From Gammaproteobacteria bacterium (GTDB lineage Bacteria > Pseudomonadota > Gammaproteobacteria > Tethybacterales > G965206325), in assembly GCA_965206325.1 (NCBI GenBank), contig OZ242208.1, positions 1,721,557 to 1,785,556 on the forward strand: 64,000 nucleotides of DNA, given 5' to 3'. This document shows, piece by piece, positions 1 to 10,832 of the stretch. Numbering within the stretch: position 1 is the first letter of the stretch; each line of letters starts with the position of its first letter. The position numbers and the translations under genes were made by a program. The notes under the pieces were generated by a model. That model was not told where the DNA came from. It searched no databases and worked only from the letters and a program-made list of their open reading frames with translations.

Positions 1-221
1 GCATTACAATTCCGAAAGCAACCAGCCACACCGATGCGCGCCGCCATTTCGCCAGCGGAATAAAAATCGCCATTGCGCCGAGTCCGAGTCCAACGGCGGC
101 GTTAAACATTTGGCGAATTAAATACTCCCCCCCCCCCCCCAAAGCGACGGTGGAGGAATAAACCATCAGGAGTCCGACCGCAAGAAGCGAGCCGCAGCAG
201 GCGAGAATGCAGCCGTCCATT
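1..221 (-). CDS. ftsW: FtsW (SEDS family) N-terminal part; gene runs off window; frame interrupted at a C14 tract (127-140)
   Basis: Minus-strand translation from ATG at 219-221 gives MDGCILACCGSLLAVGLLMVYSSTVALGGGG (FtsW-like TM1). After the tract the FtsW-like sequence (EYLIRQMFNAAVGLGLGAMAIFIPLAKWRRAS) continues in another frame. Position immediately downstream of murD fits dcw gene order. Confidence 0.5.
127..140. repeat. C14 homopolymer tract (frame-disrupting in ftsW)
   Basis: Direct count of 14 consecutive C on the + strand; FtsW-like translation changes frame across it. Confidence 0.9.
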
Positions 222-245
222 CGCGCGGCGACGGCGTCTTTCCAA

Positions 246-1667
246 TTAGACATTGGACTTTTCCATTTCGCGAACCGCTTGGCAAAAGGCATTTCCGCGC
301 GCGCGAAAATCGCTGAACATATCAATGCTGGCGCAGGCGGGCGACAGCAAAACACAATCGCCGGCCGCCGCGATTCCGGATGCGATTCGCACGGCGGCGG
401 ACATTCCGTCGGCGCGGCGGGTTGGAATTCCTTCGGCGGAAAATGCGGCGTCTAAGTTGTCGGCATCCTTTCCAATCAGCAAGGCGAGCCGCACTCGTCC
501 GCGCGCGGCTCTCGCCAGCGGATGAAAATTCTGACCTTTGGAGTCGCCGCCCGCGATAAGAACAATTTTTTCGCCGACGGCGGAAATGGCATAGCGGGCG
601 GCGGCGGCGTTGGTCGCTTTGGAATCGTCGCAATACATCACCCCCCTAATTTCGGCGACGCGATTCAAGCGATGCGGCAAACCTTTAAATTCGGCGAGGG
701 CGGAACGAATTGCGGATTCATCAATTGCCAGCGGCGAAGTCAAAGCGAGAGCGGCAAGCGCATTTTGCTTTGACAAAGCGGACGGCAATTCGTCGGCGGC
801 AAAGCCCCCTCCCCCCCCCCCTTTGCGAGCAAGATTGTTTTTCGCGTCAACAAACCAATCGCCGCGCATTGGCGAATCGCTCATAGTAAATCCGATTTCA
901 TTGGCGGAATTGGAATCCGCCATCGCCGCGACAAAAGCGTCATCGCGATTAATTACCGGCCATTTTGCGCCGCGATAAATAGACGCTTTGATTCGCGCGT
1001 AATTCGCGAGTCCGCCGTGACGGTCCAAATGATCTTCGCTCACATTGAGAACGACGGCGGCATCGGCATTAATGCGCGCGGCCGTTTCCAATTGAAAGCT
1101 TGACAATTCGGCGACGGCAATGTCGGGCATAACTTTGCGCTCTTCCCATTCGGCGAGCGCATCCAAAAGCGGACGGCCGATGTTGCCGATTGCCTCCGCC
1201 GATTTTCCGGCGGCGGCGCAAATGTTTGCGGCAAGCATTGTTACCGTGCTTTTGCCGTTGGTGCCGGTGACGGCGATTATAAAAGGACGGCGCGATTCAT
1301 CGCATTCCGACATCGTGCGGAAAAAGCATTCGGCGTCGCCGACGACAAAAATACCCCCCCCCCCCTTTCCGTTCAAGACGGGGGGGGGGGGGAGTTTGAG
1401 TTCATTCGGCGGCACGCCGGGGCTTGCGGCGACGATATTAAATTCACCCCGGCGCATCGCATCGCCGACTTCTTCCAAAGACATTTTCCGCCGCCTGACT
1501 TCGGGGAATTCCGCCGCGAATTCCTTTGCACACGGGGGTTCGGGGCGGCTGTCAATCGCTTCCACTATTCCTCCCCGCCGCCGCCAAAAGCGCGCGAGCG
1601 ACATGCCGGTGCGTCCCATTCCGACGACCAGAATCCTTTTGTCCGCGAATTGATTCATCGCTTTCAT
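246..1667 (-). CDS. murD: UDP-N-acetylmuramoylalanine--D-glutamate ligase
   Basis: 473 aa ORF with Mur ligase P-loop [10 protein letters not shown] and C-terminal [12 protein letters not shown] motif. Position in dcw cluster. Contains three in-frame homopolymer tracts giving GGGG/PPPP/GGGGGG. Confidence 0.9.
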   Translation of the reverse strand: MKAMNQFADKRILVVGMGRTGMSLARFWRRRGGIVEAIDSRPEPPCAKEFAAEFPEVRRRKMSLEEVGDAMRRGEFNIVAASPGVPPNELKLPPPPVLNGKGGGGIFVVGDAECFFRTMSECDESRRPFIIAVTGTNGKSTVTMLAANICAAAGKSAEAIGNIGRPLLDALAEWEERKVMPDIAVAELSSFQLETAARINADAAVVLNVSEDHLDRHGGLANYARIKASIYRGAKWPVINRDDAFVAAMADSNSANEIGFTMSDSPMRGDWFVDAKNNLARKGGGGGGFAADELPSALSKQNALAALALTSPLAIDESAIRSALAEFKGLPHRLNRVAEIRGVMYCDDSKATNAAAARYAISAVGEKIVLIAGGDSKGQNFHPLARAARGRVRLALLIGKDADNLDAAFSAEGIPTRRADGMSAAVRIASGIAAAGDCVLLSPACASIDMFSDFRARGNAFCQAVREMEKSNV

Positions 1668-2749
1668 CTAATCTTCAATGCGGAGAGTCCGATCAAAACC
1701 AAGATGATGGTAATTATCCAGAATCGCACGACGACTTGATTTTCGCGCCATCCTTTTAATTCAAAATGATGATGCAAAGGCGCCATTCGAAACATCCGCC
1801 GTCCGGTTAATTTGAAGGAGGCGACCTGCGCCATCACCGAAAGCGTCTCCACGACAAATACGCCGCTCATAATAAAGAAGACAATTTCCTGCCGAATAAT
1901 CACCGCAACCGCGCCAAGCGCCGCGCCCAATGCAAGCGAGCCAATGTCGCCCATAAACACTTCGGCGGGATAAGCGTTAAACCACAAGAAAGCGAGTCCG
2001 GCGCCGATAAAAGCCGCGCAAAATATCACTAATTCCTCCGCGCCGACGATGTGCGGAAATCCCAAGTATTCGGAAAATTCCGCATGTCCGGCGACATATG
2101 CAAACACCCCCAATCCGCCGCACACCATCACCGCCGGAAGAATGGCGAGACCGTCCAATCCGTCGGTAAGATTAACGGCGTTGGATGCGCCGACAATAAC
2201 AAAATAACCGACCGCCACAAAACCGAAAACGCCAAGCGGAATCGCGGCGTCTTTTAAGTAAGGAATAATTAATATAGTGCGCTCGCTGAGAGGAGTCGCC
2301 AAGACAAGCCACAGCAAAAACGCAATTGCCGCCGCGCTTTGCAGAATCAATTTGCGCTTGGCGCTTAATCCATGCGAACTGCCGCGCGCGATTTTGCGGG
2401 AATCGTCCCAATATCCGATGGCGGCGAAAGCGGCGACGGCAAACAGAAGCGGCCATAAATAATCGCTGCGCCAATCGCCCCACAGAAGAGTCGCCACCGC
2501 CAGCGACATTAAAATCAACCCCCCCCCCATCGTCGGCGTTTCTTTTTTCGATTGATGACTCTGCGGCCCGTCGTCGCGCACTTGCTGTCCGATGCGGCCG
2601 GCCTGCAGGCGGCGAATCAAACTCGGCCCGCAGACAAAGCCAATGGCGAGCGCGGTCAGCGTCGCAAATACGGCGCGCGAAGTTGTATAAGTGAACAGAT
2701 TGAATCCGCTCACATATTGCGTAAGATAATCGGCAAGATGAAACAGCAT
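1664..2749 (-). CDS. mraY: phospho-N-acetylmuramoyl-pentapeptide transferase
   Basis: 361 aa polytopic membrane protein with TPTMGG motif and dcw position; 4 nt overlap with murD. Confidence 0.9.
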   Translation of the reverse strand: MLFHLADYLTQYVSGFNLFTYTTSRAVFATLTALAIGFVCGPSLIRRLQAGRIGQQVRDDGPQSHQSKKETPTMGGGLILMSLAVATLLWGDWRSDYLWPLLFAVAAFAAIGYWDDSRKIARGSSHGLSAKRKLILQSAAAIAFLLWLVLATPLSERTILIIPYLKDAAIPLGVFGFVAVGYFVIVGASNAVNLTDGLDGLAILPAVMVCGGLGVFAYVAGHAEFSEYLGFPHIVGAEELVIFCAAFIGAGLAFLWFNAYPAEVFMGDIGSLALGAALGAVAVIIRQEIVFFIMSGVFVVETLSVMAQVASFKLTGRRMFRMAPLHHHFELKGWRENQVVVRFWIITIILVLIGLSALKIR

Positions 2750-4146
2750 TATTTATCCCCCCCCTCTTCTTCGAGGGCATGGATAATTCTTTCCATTTTC
2801 ATTCCGCGTGATCCTTTGACTAGAATCACCCCCCCTCCCCTCTTCGTCAAAGGGATAAGCGCGCGAATTAAAGTATCGGCATCGTCAAAATGCTTCGCGC
2901 CGGGGACGGCTTGAGTCGCATAACGACTCATTTCTCCCATCGCAAAAAAATGCTCGATATTAGCGGCGGCAACATCTTTGCCGAAAGCGCGATGCTCATC
3001 GGCGGACGCGCCGCCAAGCTCCAGCATATCGCCAAGGACAAAAATTCTCCGTCCGCTTTGCAAAGCCAATGCAGACAAGGCGGCGCGGGCGGAATCGGGA
3101 TTGGCGTTGTATGTGTCGTCAATTAATAAACAACCGCCGATTCCTTTTTTGAATTGAAGACGGCCGGGAACGCCGCGAAAATTTTCCAATCCCCGCTTAA
3201 TGTCGTCGCCGCTGATACCCAAAACATGCGCGGTCAATGCGGCGGCGGCGGCGTTTCGCAAGTTATGCTCCCCGGCGTCGGCAAGCCGCAAAGGCGGAAT
3301 GCCCCCCCCATCTTGGAAAACAAAAGCGACTTTATCATCGCTTGTTTTTTTCGCGCGACAATCAGCGTTGCTATTAATTCCAAAAGTTAAAACGCGGCGC
3401 GCATCGGCCATTTTTTTCCACATTGCCGAATGAGAATCATCGCCGTTTATCACCGCAATTCCATTCGGTGAAAGCGCGCCGATTATTTCGCCTTTCGCCC
3501 GCGCCACAAGATCGGCGGCGGAATCCCCCCCCCCCCCCTTCCCTTCAAAATTGGCGAGATGTCCGCGCTGGGCATTAGTGATAATGGCAATGGACGGACG
3601 CGCCAATGATGCCAATTTTGCAATTTCGCCCGCGCGATTCATTCCTAATTCAATCACCGCAAATTGATGATGCTTCCGCAATTTCAGCAGCGTCAGCGGC
3701 GCGCCGAGGCAATTATTAAAATTGCCTTCGGAAGAAAGCACCGAATCATTTCCGCAATGCGCGCGCAGAATTCCGGCAAGCATTTCCTTCACGGTGGTTT
3801 TGCCGTTGGTGCCGGTGACGGCGGCAAGCGGCAAATCGAATCGCGCGCGCCATGCGCCGGCGAGTCGGCCCAGTCCAATCATTGCGCCTTCAACAACGAC
3901 AATTTGCGCGAGCGATTTAATATCATTAGGCAAGGTCGCCGGACGCGACACCAGCGCCGCCGCCGCCCCCCGCCTTGCGGCATCGGCGACAAAATCGTGG
4001 CCATCGCAAACGCTTCCGGCAAGCGCGACAAACAATTCGCCCATGCGAATTTCGCGGCTGTCAATTTTGACTCCGGCAATTTTTCGCGCGCCGTCGCCGC
4101 GGCATTCTCCGCCGCACCATTGCGCCGCTTGAATCGCCGTCATCAT
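2749..4146 (-). CDS. murF: UDP-N-acetylmuramoyl-tripeptide--D-alanyl-D-alanine ligase
   Basis: 465 aa with Mur ligase motif [10 protein letters not shown] and dcw position. Confidence 0.9.
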   Translation of the reverse strand: MMTAIQAAQWCGGECRGDGARKIAGVKIDSREIRMGELFVALAGSVCDGHDFVADAARRGAAAALVSRPATLPNDIKSLAQIVVVEGAMIGLGRLAGAWRARFDLPLAAVTGTNGKTTVKEMLAGILRAHCGNDSVLSSEGNFNNCLGAPLTLLKLRKHHQFAVIELGMNRAGEIAKLASLARPSIAIITNAQRGHLANFEGKGGGGDSAADLVARAKGEIIGALSPNGIAVINGDDSHSAMWKKMADARRVLTFGINSNADCRAKKTSDDKVAFVFQDGGGIPPLRLADAGEHNLRNAAAAALTAHVLGISGDDIKRGLENFRGVPGRLQFKKGIGGCLLIDDTYNANPDSARAALSALALQSGRRIFVLGDMLELGGASADEHRAFGKDVAAANIEHFFAMGEMSRYATQAVPGAKHFDDADTLIRALIPLTKRGGGVILVKGSRGMKMERIIHALEEEGGDK

Positions 4147-5714
4147 CTTTTCTCCGCGTGCGCGGATTGCGCATTAGAAAAAGGGGGGGGAGGCATTTTT
4201 CGCCGCGCCTTAGGTAAATCGTTTCCGCTATATGTCCGCAGAATTTTGCGGGCGACGGCGGCATCGCTAAACGGAATTCGCGCGCCATTAATTTCCTGAT
4301 ATTCTTCGTGACCTTTGCCGGCGATTAAAACAGAATCGCCCGGGCGCGCGCTTTTAATGGCGGCGGCGATTGCTTCTTCGCGCGACGGAATCGCCTTCGC
4401 CTTATCGCCCGCGCCGACTAAAATATCGGCGATGATTTTATCCGGCGATTCGTTGCGCGGATTGTCCGATGTTATAAAAACGGAATCCGCCAAGGCCGCG
4501 GCGATTTCGCCCATCAAGGCGCGCTTGCCGGAATCGCGCTCGCCGCCGCAGCCGAAAACACAGATGATTCGCCCGCAGGATCCCCCCCCTCCCCCCTCTT
4601 TAATCGCCGACAATGCGGCGCGCAAAGCATCAGGAGTGTGGGCGTAATCCACAAAAACCAAAGGCGCGTTTTTTTCGCCGTCAATTCTTTCAAGCCGTCC
4701 GCGAGGAGGCGACAACGCCGACGCTATCTTTCCAATTCCATCCCACCCGCCTTGAACGGAAATTGAGTCATTCATCATCACGGCCGCCGAAGACGCCAAA
4801 AGATTAAGCGCATTATGCTTTCCCGGCATCGGCGTTTTCCAAATGAAGCGGCGCGAATCAACGGCGAATTCCATTTCGCCGCCGCCGCAATTCATTAAGT
4901 TAATATCCCCCCCCCCCCCTTTTCCAAAGGTCAAAATTCGGATGCGCTTTTTTTTCAGGCGCGACGCCAAGGCGATTCCATTTTCGTCGTCAACATTAAT
5001 AACGGCGGCGGAAAGTTTGGGCGAATCAAACAGCCGCTCCTTCGCCTGCAGATAGGCGGCGAAATCGCCGTGATAATCCAAATGGTCGCGCGAAATGCCG
5101 GTGAAGACGGCGACATCAATTTTAACGGCGTCCAGCCGACCTTGTGAAAGTCCGTGCGACGACGCTTCTATCGCCGCCGCCTTTGCGCCTTGTCGGCGAA
5201 AATGCGAAAGCGTTTTATGCAAAGCAACGGCGTCCGGAGTCGTCCGCTCGGCGGGGACGAGAAAGGAGGCAAATCCCGTCCCCACCGTGCCGACAAACCC
5301 GCAGGCGATTCTCAATTTCGTTAATAATTGGGCGGCGAAAAAAGCCGTCGTTGTTTTGCCGTTGGTGCCGGTGACGGCGACGACAAACATTTGGCGCGAC
5401 GGCGAATTGTAAAAGCAATCGGCGATTTCGCCGGAATGGCGGCGCAAGCCATTGACGGCGGCATTGGCGATTTTCCATTCGCGCCGCCAGCGAAAATTTT
5501 CGCGCTCCCACAGAATTGCCGATGCGCCTTTTTCAATCGCCTGCGGAATGAAATGGCGGCCGTCGGCGATTTCGCCCGGGCAGGCGAGAAAAATTTCGCC
5601 CCGCCGAATTTCGCGGCTGTCGCCGCAAAGTCCGGTCGCCGATACGCCGAGCGAATTAAGAATCGCGGACGAATTAAACGCCGTCATTTTTTTCTTCCGA
5701 ATATTTTTCCGCAT
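4143..5714 (-). CDS. murE: UDP-N-acetylmuramoyl-L-alanyl-D-glutamate--2,6-diaminopimelate ligase
   Basis: 523 aa with Mur ligase motif [12 protein letters not shown] and DNPR motif. The true start may be a few codons downstream (overlaps ftsI 3' end). Confidence 0.88.
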   Translation of the reverse strand: MRKNIRKKKMTAFNSSAILNSLGVSATGLCGDSREIRRGEIFLACPGEIADGRHFIPQAIEKGASAILWERENFRWRREWKIANAAVNGLRRHSGEIADCFYNSPSRQMFVVAVTGTNGKTTTAFFAAQLLTKLRIACGFVGTVGTGFASFLVPAERTTPDAVALHKTLSHFRRQGAKAAAIEASSHGLSQGRLDAVKIDVAVFTGISRDHLDYHGDFAAYLQAKERLFDSPKLSAAVINVDDENGIALASRLKKKRIRILTFGKGGGGDINLMNCGGGEMEFAVDSRRFIWKTPMPGKHNALNLLASSAAVMMNDSISVQGGWDGIGKIASALSPPRGRLERIDGEKNAPLVFVDYAHTPDALRAALSAIKEGGGGGSCGRIICVFGCGGERDSGKRALMGEIAAALADSVFITSDNPRNESPDKIIADILVGAGDKAKAIPSREEAIAAAIKSARPGDSVLIAGKGHEEYQEINGARIPFSDAAVARKILRTYSGNDLPKARRKMPPPPFSNAQSAHAEKR

Positions 5715-7365
5715 CCGGCGGGACGGCGTAAAGAATTAAGGCGCGCTCCATCACTTCGCGAAAAACCGGAGCGGCGACGATTCCGCCGTAGTAGCCGTTG
5801 CGAATCGGCTCATCAACAATGACGGCGACGATGAATCGGGGGCGAGTCGCCGGGGCGAATCCGACAAACACTGATTGATAGCGGCTGTGATTGTATTCGC
5901 CGTTTTCAATTTTAATTACCGTGCCGGTTTTGCCGCCGACGCGATAGCCCGGAATTTTTGCGCGCGGTGCGGTGCCGTCTTCGGTGATGACTCTTTCCAT
6001 CATCGTCCGCATTTTTTCGGCGGTTTCGGCGGAAATAACGCGTCGGCGAGTGCGGGCGGCTTCGCCTTTCACCAGCGAAACCGGCAGCAATTCGCCGTTG
6101 CCGAAAGCCGTATACGCTCTCGCTAATTGCAGCAAACTCATGGAAACGCCGTGGCCGTAGCCCAAAGTTGCGCGGTCGGCGGGATACCAGCCGCTGTGAT
6201 GGCGAAAAACCCCCGCCGCTTCGCCGGGGAATCCGCTGCCCGGCGATTCGCCAAATCCAAACGACCTCAGCCGCCGCCACAGAATCGACGGAATGATTTT
6301 CTCGGCGATTCGCACCGCGCCGACATTGCTGGATTTTTCAATTATTTCGGCGACGGTTAAATTTTCGTCAATGTTTTTATCGCGGACAATTAAACCGCCT
6401 TGAATCCAAATCGGCTTTTTGGTTTTAAGGACGGAATCCGCCGACAGAATTTTTTCATCCAGCGCGATGGCGGCGATAATCGGCTTCATCGCCGAGCCCG
6501 GCTCAAACACATCGGCCGCCGCCCGATTGCGCCTCGCCGCCGCCAAACTTTCGCCCAGATTGTTGGGATTGAATGAGGGATAATTCGCCATCGTCAAAAC
6601 TTCGCCGCTTTGCGCGTCCAAAACGACCACGCCGCCCGCCTTTGCGCCGTGCAATTTCACCGCCCGCGCGAGTGCGGCAAGAGCAAAATGCTGAATCCGC
6701 AAATCCAAAGTAAGCGATAAATCCCCGCCGTCCCGCGACGGCCGACGGTTGAATTCTTGAATTTCATCGCCGTCGGCGGTGCGAAAAACACGGCGCAGAC
6801 CGGGCTTGGGCGACAAATGCGGCTGGCGGGCGAATTCAAATCCTTCGCGGCCGCGGTCCAAATAATCGGTGAATCCAACGACATGCGCGGCGGCGTAGCC
6901 GCTCGGATAAAAGCGCCGGTCGCTGCGCTCCGCGCCCACGCCGGGAATTTTCAAGTCGTCGAGTTTGGCGACAATATCGGATGCCAAATATTTTCGCAGA
7001 TACACAAAGCGATTGCGGCGCGCGAGTTTTCGCCGAATGTCGTCGGCGGAAATTTCCAGTGTTTGAGCGAGCCGTGCAATTGCTTCGTCGGCGTTTTCCA
7101 ATTCGCGGAAAACTTCGGGATTCGCGTAGACCGAATAAGTCGGCGCGCTAATCGCCAGCAGGTCGCCGTTGCGGTCGACAATCGCCCCGCGAATCGCCGG
7201 AATCGGAATAACGCGGACATATATTTTATTGGATTCGCCGCGCAAATCGTCGCGCTGTCCCAAGGCGCGATAAGCCCCGCCGGCGAGCATCGCGCCGAAC
7301 ATCAGCAAAATCACCGCCAGAGTCGTCAGCGAGCGGCCGGGGGCGATTCGCATTGCCCTCGTCAC
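5674..7365 (-). CDS. ftsI: peptidoglycan D,D-transpeptidase FtsI (PBP3)
   Basis: 563 aa with N-terminal TM segment and SxxK (PGSAMKP), SSN (KSSNVG) and KTG (GKTGT) motifs. Confidence 0.9.
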   Translation of the reverse strand: MTRAMRIAPGRSLTTLAVILLMFGAMLAGGAYRALGQRDDLRGESNKIYVRVIPIPAIRGAIVDRNGDLLAISAPTYSVYANPEVFRELENADEAIARLAQTLEISADDIRRKLARRNRFVYLRKYLASDIVAKLDDLKIPGVGAERSDRRFYPSGYAAAHVVGFTDYLDRGREGFEFARQPHLSPKPGLRRVFRTADGDEIQEFNRRPSRDGGDLSLTLDLRIQHFALAALARAVKLHGAKAGGVVVLDAQSGEVLTMANYPSFNPNNLGESLAAARRNRAAADVFEPGSAMKPIIAAIALDEKILSADSVLKTKKPIWIQGGLIVRDKNIDENLTVAEIIEKSSNVGAVRIAEKIIPSILWRRLRSFGFGESPGSGFPGEAAGVFRHHSGWYPADRATLGYGHGVSMSLLQLARAYTAFGNGELLPVSLVKGEAARTRRRVISAETAEKMRTMMERVITEDGTAPRAKIPGYRVGGKTGTVIKIENGEYNHSRYQSVFVGFAPATRPRFIVAVIVDEPIRNGYYGGIVAAPVFREVMERALILYAVPPDAEKYSEEKNDGV

Positions 7366-7634
7366 TGCGATTCCTTCGCCGCAAAAATTAGCGTGCCGTC
7401 GGCAAGCGTCGGATGGCGCATTCCGATGGATTCGCCGAATTCGCGGACATCGTCCAAATCGCTGAAAGCCGCCCGTTCAATTTGCAGTTGCCGCCGCCGC
7501 AGATTTAATTCGGCGGATTCGGATTCCAATCGCGCTAATTCCGCCCGCAATTCGCGCGCATCGTAGCGCACTTTAACAAGATAAACCGCACTCGCCATCA
7601 CGGACAAAATTAATAAGCAGATGAATCGGCTCAT
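7362..7634 (-). CDS. ftsL: cell division protein FtsL
   Basis: 90 aa with single N-terminal TM and coiled-coil, lying between rsmH and ftsI. Confidence 0.7.
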   Translation of the reverse strand: MSRFICLLILSVMASAVYLVKVRYDARELRAELARLESESAELNLRRRQLQIERAAFSDLDDVREFGESIGMRHPTLADGTLIFAAKESQ

Positions 7635-8617
7635 TCGCCCTCTCCGATTTTTTCGGCGACGCGCATTTTTGCGCTGCGGACTCGCGGATTCGCCGATGCC
7701 TCTTCCGCCGTCGGACGAATAATTTTTCCGACGGGGCGCAAAGACGAAAACGACGGCAATCGCCCAATTCCCGGCAAGGCGACGGATTCGCCGCGAATGA
7801 AATTTTTAACGATGCGGTCTTCCAAAGAATGAAAACTAATCACGACCAGCCGTCCGCCCCGAACGAGCAGATTCCTCGCCTGTGCAAGCCCGGCGGCGAG
7901 CGATTCCAATTCGGAATTGACGCGCATGCGAATCGCTTGAAAACTGCGGGTCGCCGGATGAATTCCCGCGCGCCGCGCGCCGCCCCGGCGGAGGAGACCG
8001 AGGCGGCGCGCATTAATTCCATCGCAAATAATTTCCGCCAAACCGACAGCGGAATGCAGACGCTTATCGCCGCTTTCGCGGGCGAAAACGACAGCGCGGG
8101 CGATTCGCCGAGCGGCGGGCTCTTCGCCCAATTCGCGCAGGACTTGGGCGATTTCGGATTCATCCGCTCTGGCGAGCCACGCCGACGCCGATTCGCCCTC
8201 GGTGGAATTCATCCGCATATCCGGCGGTCCATCGGCGCGAAACGAAAAGCCGCGCAAGGGGTTTTCCAATTGCATTGCGGAGGCGCCCAAGTCCATCAAA
8301 ATTCCGTCGGCGCGAATGTCGTCGCCGAAAAAATCGGCGGCGGCGTCGGCCATATCGGCGAAATTGCGATGCGCGAAATGCAGGCGCGAATCGCCGATTC
8401 CATCCGCAAATTTTTTCGCCGTAGAATCGCGGTCAAGGGCGAGAAGCCGTCCGCCGTCGCCGAGCCGCTGCAGAATCGCGCGGCTGTGACCGCCGCCGCC
8501 AAAGGTGGCGTCCGCATAAAATCCGCCCTGCCGAATCGCCAGTGCATCAATCGCTTCGGCGAGCAAAACCGGACGATGGGGGGATTTTTCATGAGATGAC
8601 AATGTCGTCCCAACCAT
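7631..8617 (-). CDS. rsmH: 16S rRNA (cytosine1402-N4)-methyltransferase RsmH/MraW
   Basis: 328 aa with SAM-MTase motifs (DATFGGGGHS, LDRD) and dcw position. Confidence 0.9.
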   Translation of the reverse strand: MVGTTLSSHEKSPHRPVLLAEAIDALAIRQGGFYADATFGGGGHSRAILQRLGDGGRLLALDRDSTAKKFADGIGDSRLHFAHRNFADMADAAADFFGDDIRADGILMDLGASAMQLENPLRGFSFRADGPPDMRMNSTEGESASAWLARADESEIAQVLRELGEEPAARRIARAVVFARESGDKRLHSAVGLAEIICDGINARRLGLLRRGGARRAGIHPATRSFQAIRMRVNSELESLAAGLAQARNLLVRGGRLVVISFHSLEDRIVKNFIRGESVALPGIGRLPSFSSLRPVGKIIRPTAEEASANPRVRSAKMRVAEKIGEGE

Positions 8618-9041
8618 CGGGCAGAGCGATTCCGCCGTCGGCGTCGCTTTTGGCTTGGCGCTTTTGATTCCATTTTTCCTCGTCCCAAATTCGGAAATGC
8701 CTGCCGACGCCGAGCAGCAGGGCGTTTCGGCGGAGGTTGGCGTATTCGCGCTGCGGCTTGGTGAGGGCGACCCGGCCGGCGGAATCCATCTGCAGATATT
8801 CGGCGTGGCCGACCAGAATTTCCTGCCACATACTGCCTTCGGGATGCAGGGCGGATTTTCCCAGCGAGTCCCTTTCCAGCGTTTCGTAAACTTCGCGCCC
8901 GCACAGAATCAGGCAGCCGAGCGGAAACGCCGTCACCACCAAATCGCCGCCGGATTCCGCCGCCAGCGAATCGCGATGACGCGTCGGCACGGTAAGCCGA
9001 CCCTTTCCGTCCAGCCGAATTGTGGATGATCCGCGAAACAT
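8589..9041 (-). CDS. mraZ: transcriptional regulator MraZ
   Basis: ORF trimmed to internal ATG giving MFRGSSTIRLDGKGRLTVPTRHRD, the canonical MraZ N-terminus; ~150 aa. Confidence 0.85.
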   Translation of the reverse strand: MFRGSSTIRLDGKGRLTVPTRHRDSLAAESGGDLVVTAFPLGCLILCGREVYETLERDSLGKSALHPEGSMWQEILVGHAEYLQMDSAGRVALTKPQREYANLRRNALLLGVGRHFRIWDEEKWNQKRQAKSDADGGIALPDGWDDIVIS

Positions 9042-9110
9042 TATTTGCTGTCCTTTTTCCGATATTACCACAAAATTTCCCGATTTTCCATAATTTTCCA
9101 ATTTTTTTTC
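9042..9110 (-). promoter_or_regulatory. AT-rich Pmra-type promoter region upstream of mraZ
   Basis: Minus-strand sequence contains TTTTGTGGTAATATC (extended -10 like) then AAGGACAG RBS 8 nt before the mraZ ATG. Confidence 0.3.
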
Positions 9111-9219
9111 TAAAAATAACAACAGGCGAATTTGCATCAAATTGCTAATCAGCGGCGAATTCGGCGGCGAATGGGGGTATAATTCCCCCATGGAACGCGA
9201 GGGCAACCGGAGACGAAAA

Positions 9220-9876
9220 ATGAAAACACGCACAATTTTGCTGATATCCGCCGCATTGACGGCGATGGGATTCGCGCAGGCGTCGGATTATGTTGACCGC
9301 GCGCGAGTGATTTCCGCCGACCCGATTGTGGAAACCGTCTACGAGCGGGTGGAAGAATGCCGCTACGAAACCCGCCAATCGCGGCGGGCGAATAGCGGAC
9401 TCACCGGCGAGCGGCTGCTCGGCGGAATTATCGGCGGCGTCGCCGGGGCGCAAGTCGGCAAGGGAAGCGGACGCGATGCCGCCGCCGGAGTCGGCGCACT
9501 CATCGGCAGCGAAGTTACCGACGGGGACAACCGCCTCACCGAAGGCGAATTAATCGGCGGCATTGCCGGAGGAATTATCGGCAATCAAGTCGGCAAGGGC
9601 AGCGGCAAAACAGCGGCGACGGCGGCGGGCGTGCTCGCCGGGGCGATTATCGGCGACAATCTGCAAAACGCCAACAAGCCGCAAAAATCCTCCAAAGTCC
9701 GCGTGTGCGATACCTCCGAGCGGCCGAAAAAAATCATTACCGGCTACCAAGTCACCTACGAATACGAAGGACGCACAGGCGTTGGCGTTCTGCCCTACAA
9801 CCCGGGCAAAACTGTGCCGGTGAATGTCGGGGTGGATTTAATTGAAGATCGCACCTACTCTTCCGTCGCCGATTAG
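9220..9876 (+). CDS. glycine-zipper (Gly-zipper_2TM / 17 kDa-antigen / SlyB-like) outer-membrane lipoprotein
   Basis: Signal peptide MKTRTILLISAALTAMGFAQA, then repeated GGIIGGVAGAQVGKGSG glycine-zipper segments. TATAAT at 9177-9182 and RBS GGAG upstream of the ATG at 9220. Confidence 0.7.
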   Translation: MKTRTILLISAALTAMGFAQASDYVDRARVISADPIVETVYERVEECRYETRQSRRANSGLTGERLLGGIIGGVAGAQVGKGSGRDAAAGVGALIGSEVTDGDNRLTEGELIGGIAGGIIGNQVGKGSGKTAATAAGVLAGAIIGDNLQNANKPQKSSKVRVCDTSERPKKIITGYQVTYEYEGRTGVGVLPYNPGKTVPVNVGVDLIEDRTYSSVAD

Positions 9877-9879
9877 CGA

Positions 9880-10827
9880 ATGAAATTCGCCTTTGTTCTG
9901 GATCCGCTGGAATCGCTCAAAGCGCGCAAGGATTCTTCCATTCTGCTGATGCGCGCCGCCGCCAAGGCGGGCGATTCGGTTTTCGCCGTCCCGCACGATT
10001 CGCCGGCGATTGAAAACAGCGCGTCGACATTCTCCGCCATCCATTTGGAATTGCGCGACGACGATTCCAATTGGTTTTCCGTCCTTGAACAAAAACGCCG
10101 CCGCGCGGATTTCTTTGACGCGATTTTTATGCGCAAAGATCCGCCGGTAGACGCCGAATTCATCGCCGCCCTTCACATTCTGCAATTGGCCGAGCAAAGC
10201 GGCGTTCCGGTTTTTAATGCGCCCCGCGCGCTTTTGGAATTGAATGAAAAGATTTCGGCTTTTCGCTTTCCGGATTTAATTCCGCCGTCGCTTGTTTCGC
10301 GCGACAAGGAATCGCTCCTTGCCTTTCATCAAAAAATGGAGGGGGCGGTTTTCAAGCCGCTGGACGGACGCGGCGGACAAGGCATCTTTGTGTCGCCGAA
10401 GGGCGATAAAAATTGCAATGCAATTATAGAAACGCTTTCGCAAAACGGACGGCGAATGATTATCGCTCAGCAGTATTTGCCCGCCATCGCCGACGAAGGC
10501 GACCGACGCGTATTAATAATTGACGGCGAACCCGCCCCTTTTATGCTCGCCCGAATTCCCCGCGACGACGACCATCGCGCAAACTTGGACGCTGGCGGCG
10601 AAGGTCGCGCAATGCCGCTTGGAAATGCCGAGCGCAAAATCGCAGAGAAAGTCGCGCCTTTCCTTGCCGATGCCGGAGTCATTCTGGCGGGCTTGGATGT
10701 TATCGGCGGAAAGTTAACGGAAATAAACATTACAAGCCCCACCTGCCTGCGCGAAATTTTAGATCAAACCAATTACAACGCCGCCGATTTAGTCATCGCC
10801 GCCGCCCGCCGCCAATGCAAAAAATAG
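9880..10827 (+). CDS. gshB: glutathione synthetase (ATP-grasp)
   Basis: 315 aa; N-terminus MKFAFVLDPLESLKARKDSS and ATP-grasp C-terminal half match prokaryotic GshB. Confidence 0.85.
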   Translation: MKFAFVLDPLESLKARKDSSILLMRAAAKAGDSVFAVPHDSPAIENSASTFSAIHLELRDDDSNWFSVLEQKRRRADFFDAIFMRKDPPVDAEFIAALHILQLAEQSGVPVFNAPRALLELNEKISAFRFPDLIPPSLVSRDKESLLAFHQKMEGAVFKPLDGRGGQGIFVSPKGDKNCNAIIETLSQNGRRMIIAQQYLPAIADEGDRRVLIIDGEPAPFMLARIPRDDDHRANLDAGGEGRAMPLGNAERKIAEKVAPFLADAGVILAGLDVIGGKLTEINITSPTCLREILDQTNYNAADLVIAAARRQCKK

Positions 10828-10832
10828 AATCC

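Noticed and set aside
1248-5385. Identical ~25-nt stretch (TTTGCCGTTGGTGCCGGTGACGGCG) in murD, murF and murE, producing three + strand ORF fragments with [10 protein letters not shown]
   Set aside because: It is the antisense of the shared Mur ligase P-loop (AVTGTNGK) encoded with the same preferred codons. This is paralog motif conservation plus codon bias, not a mobile repeat.
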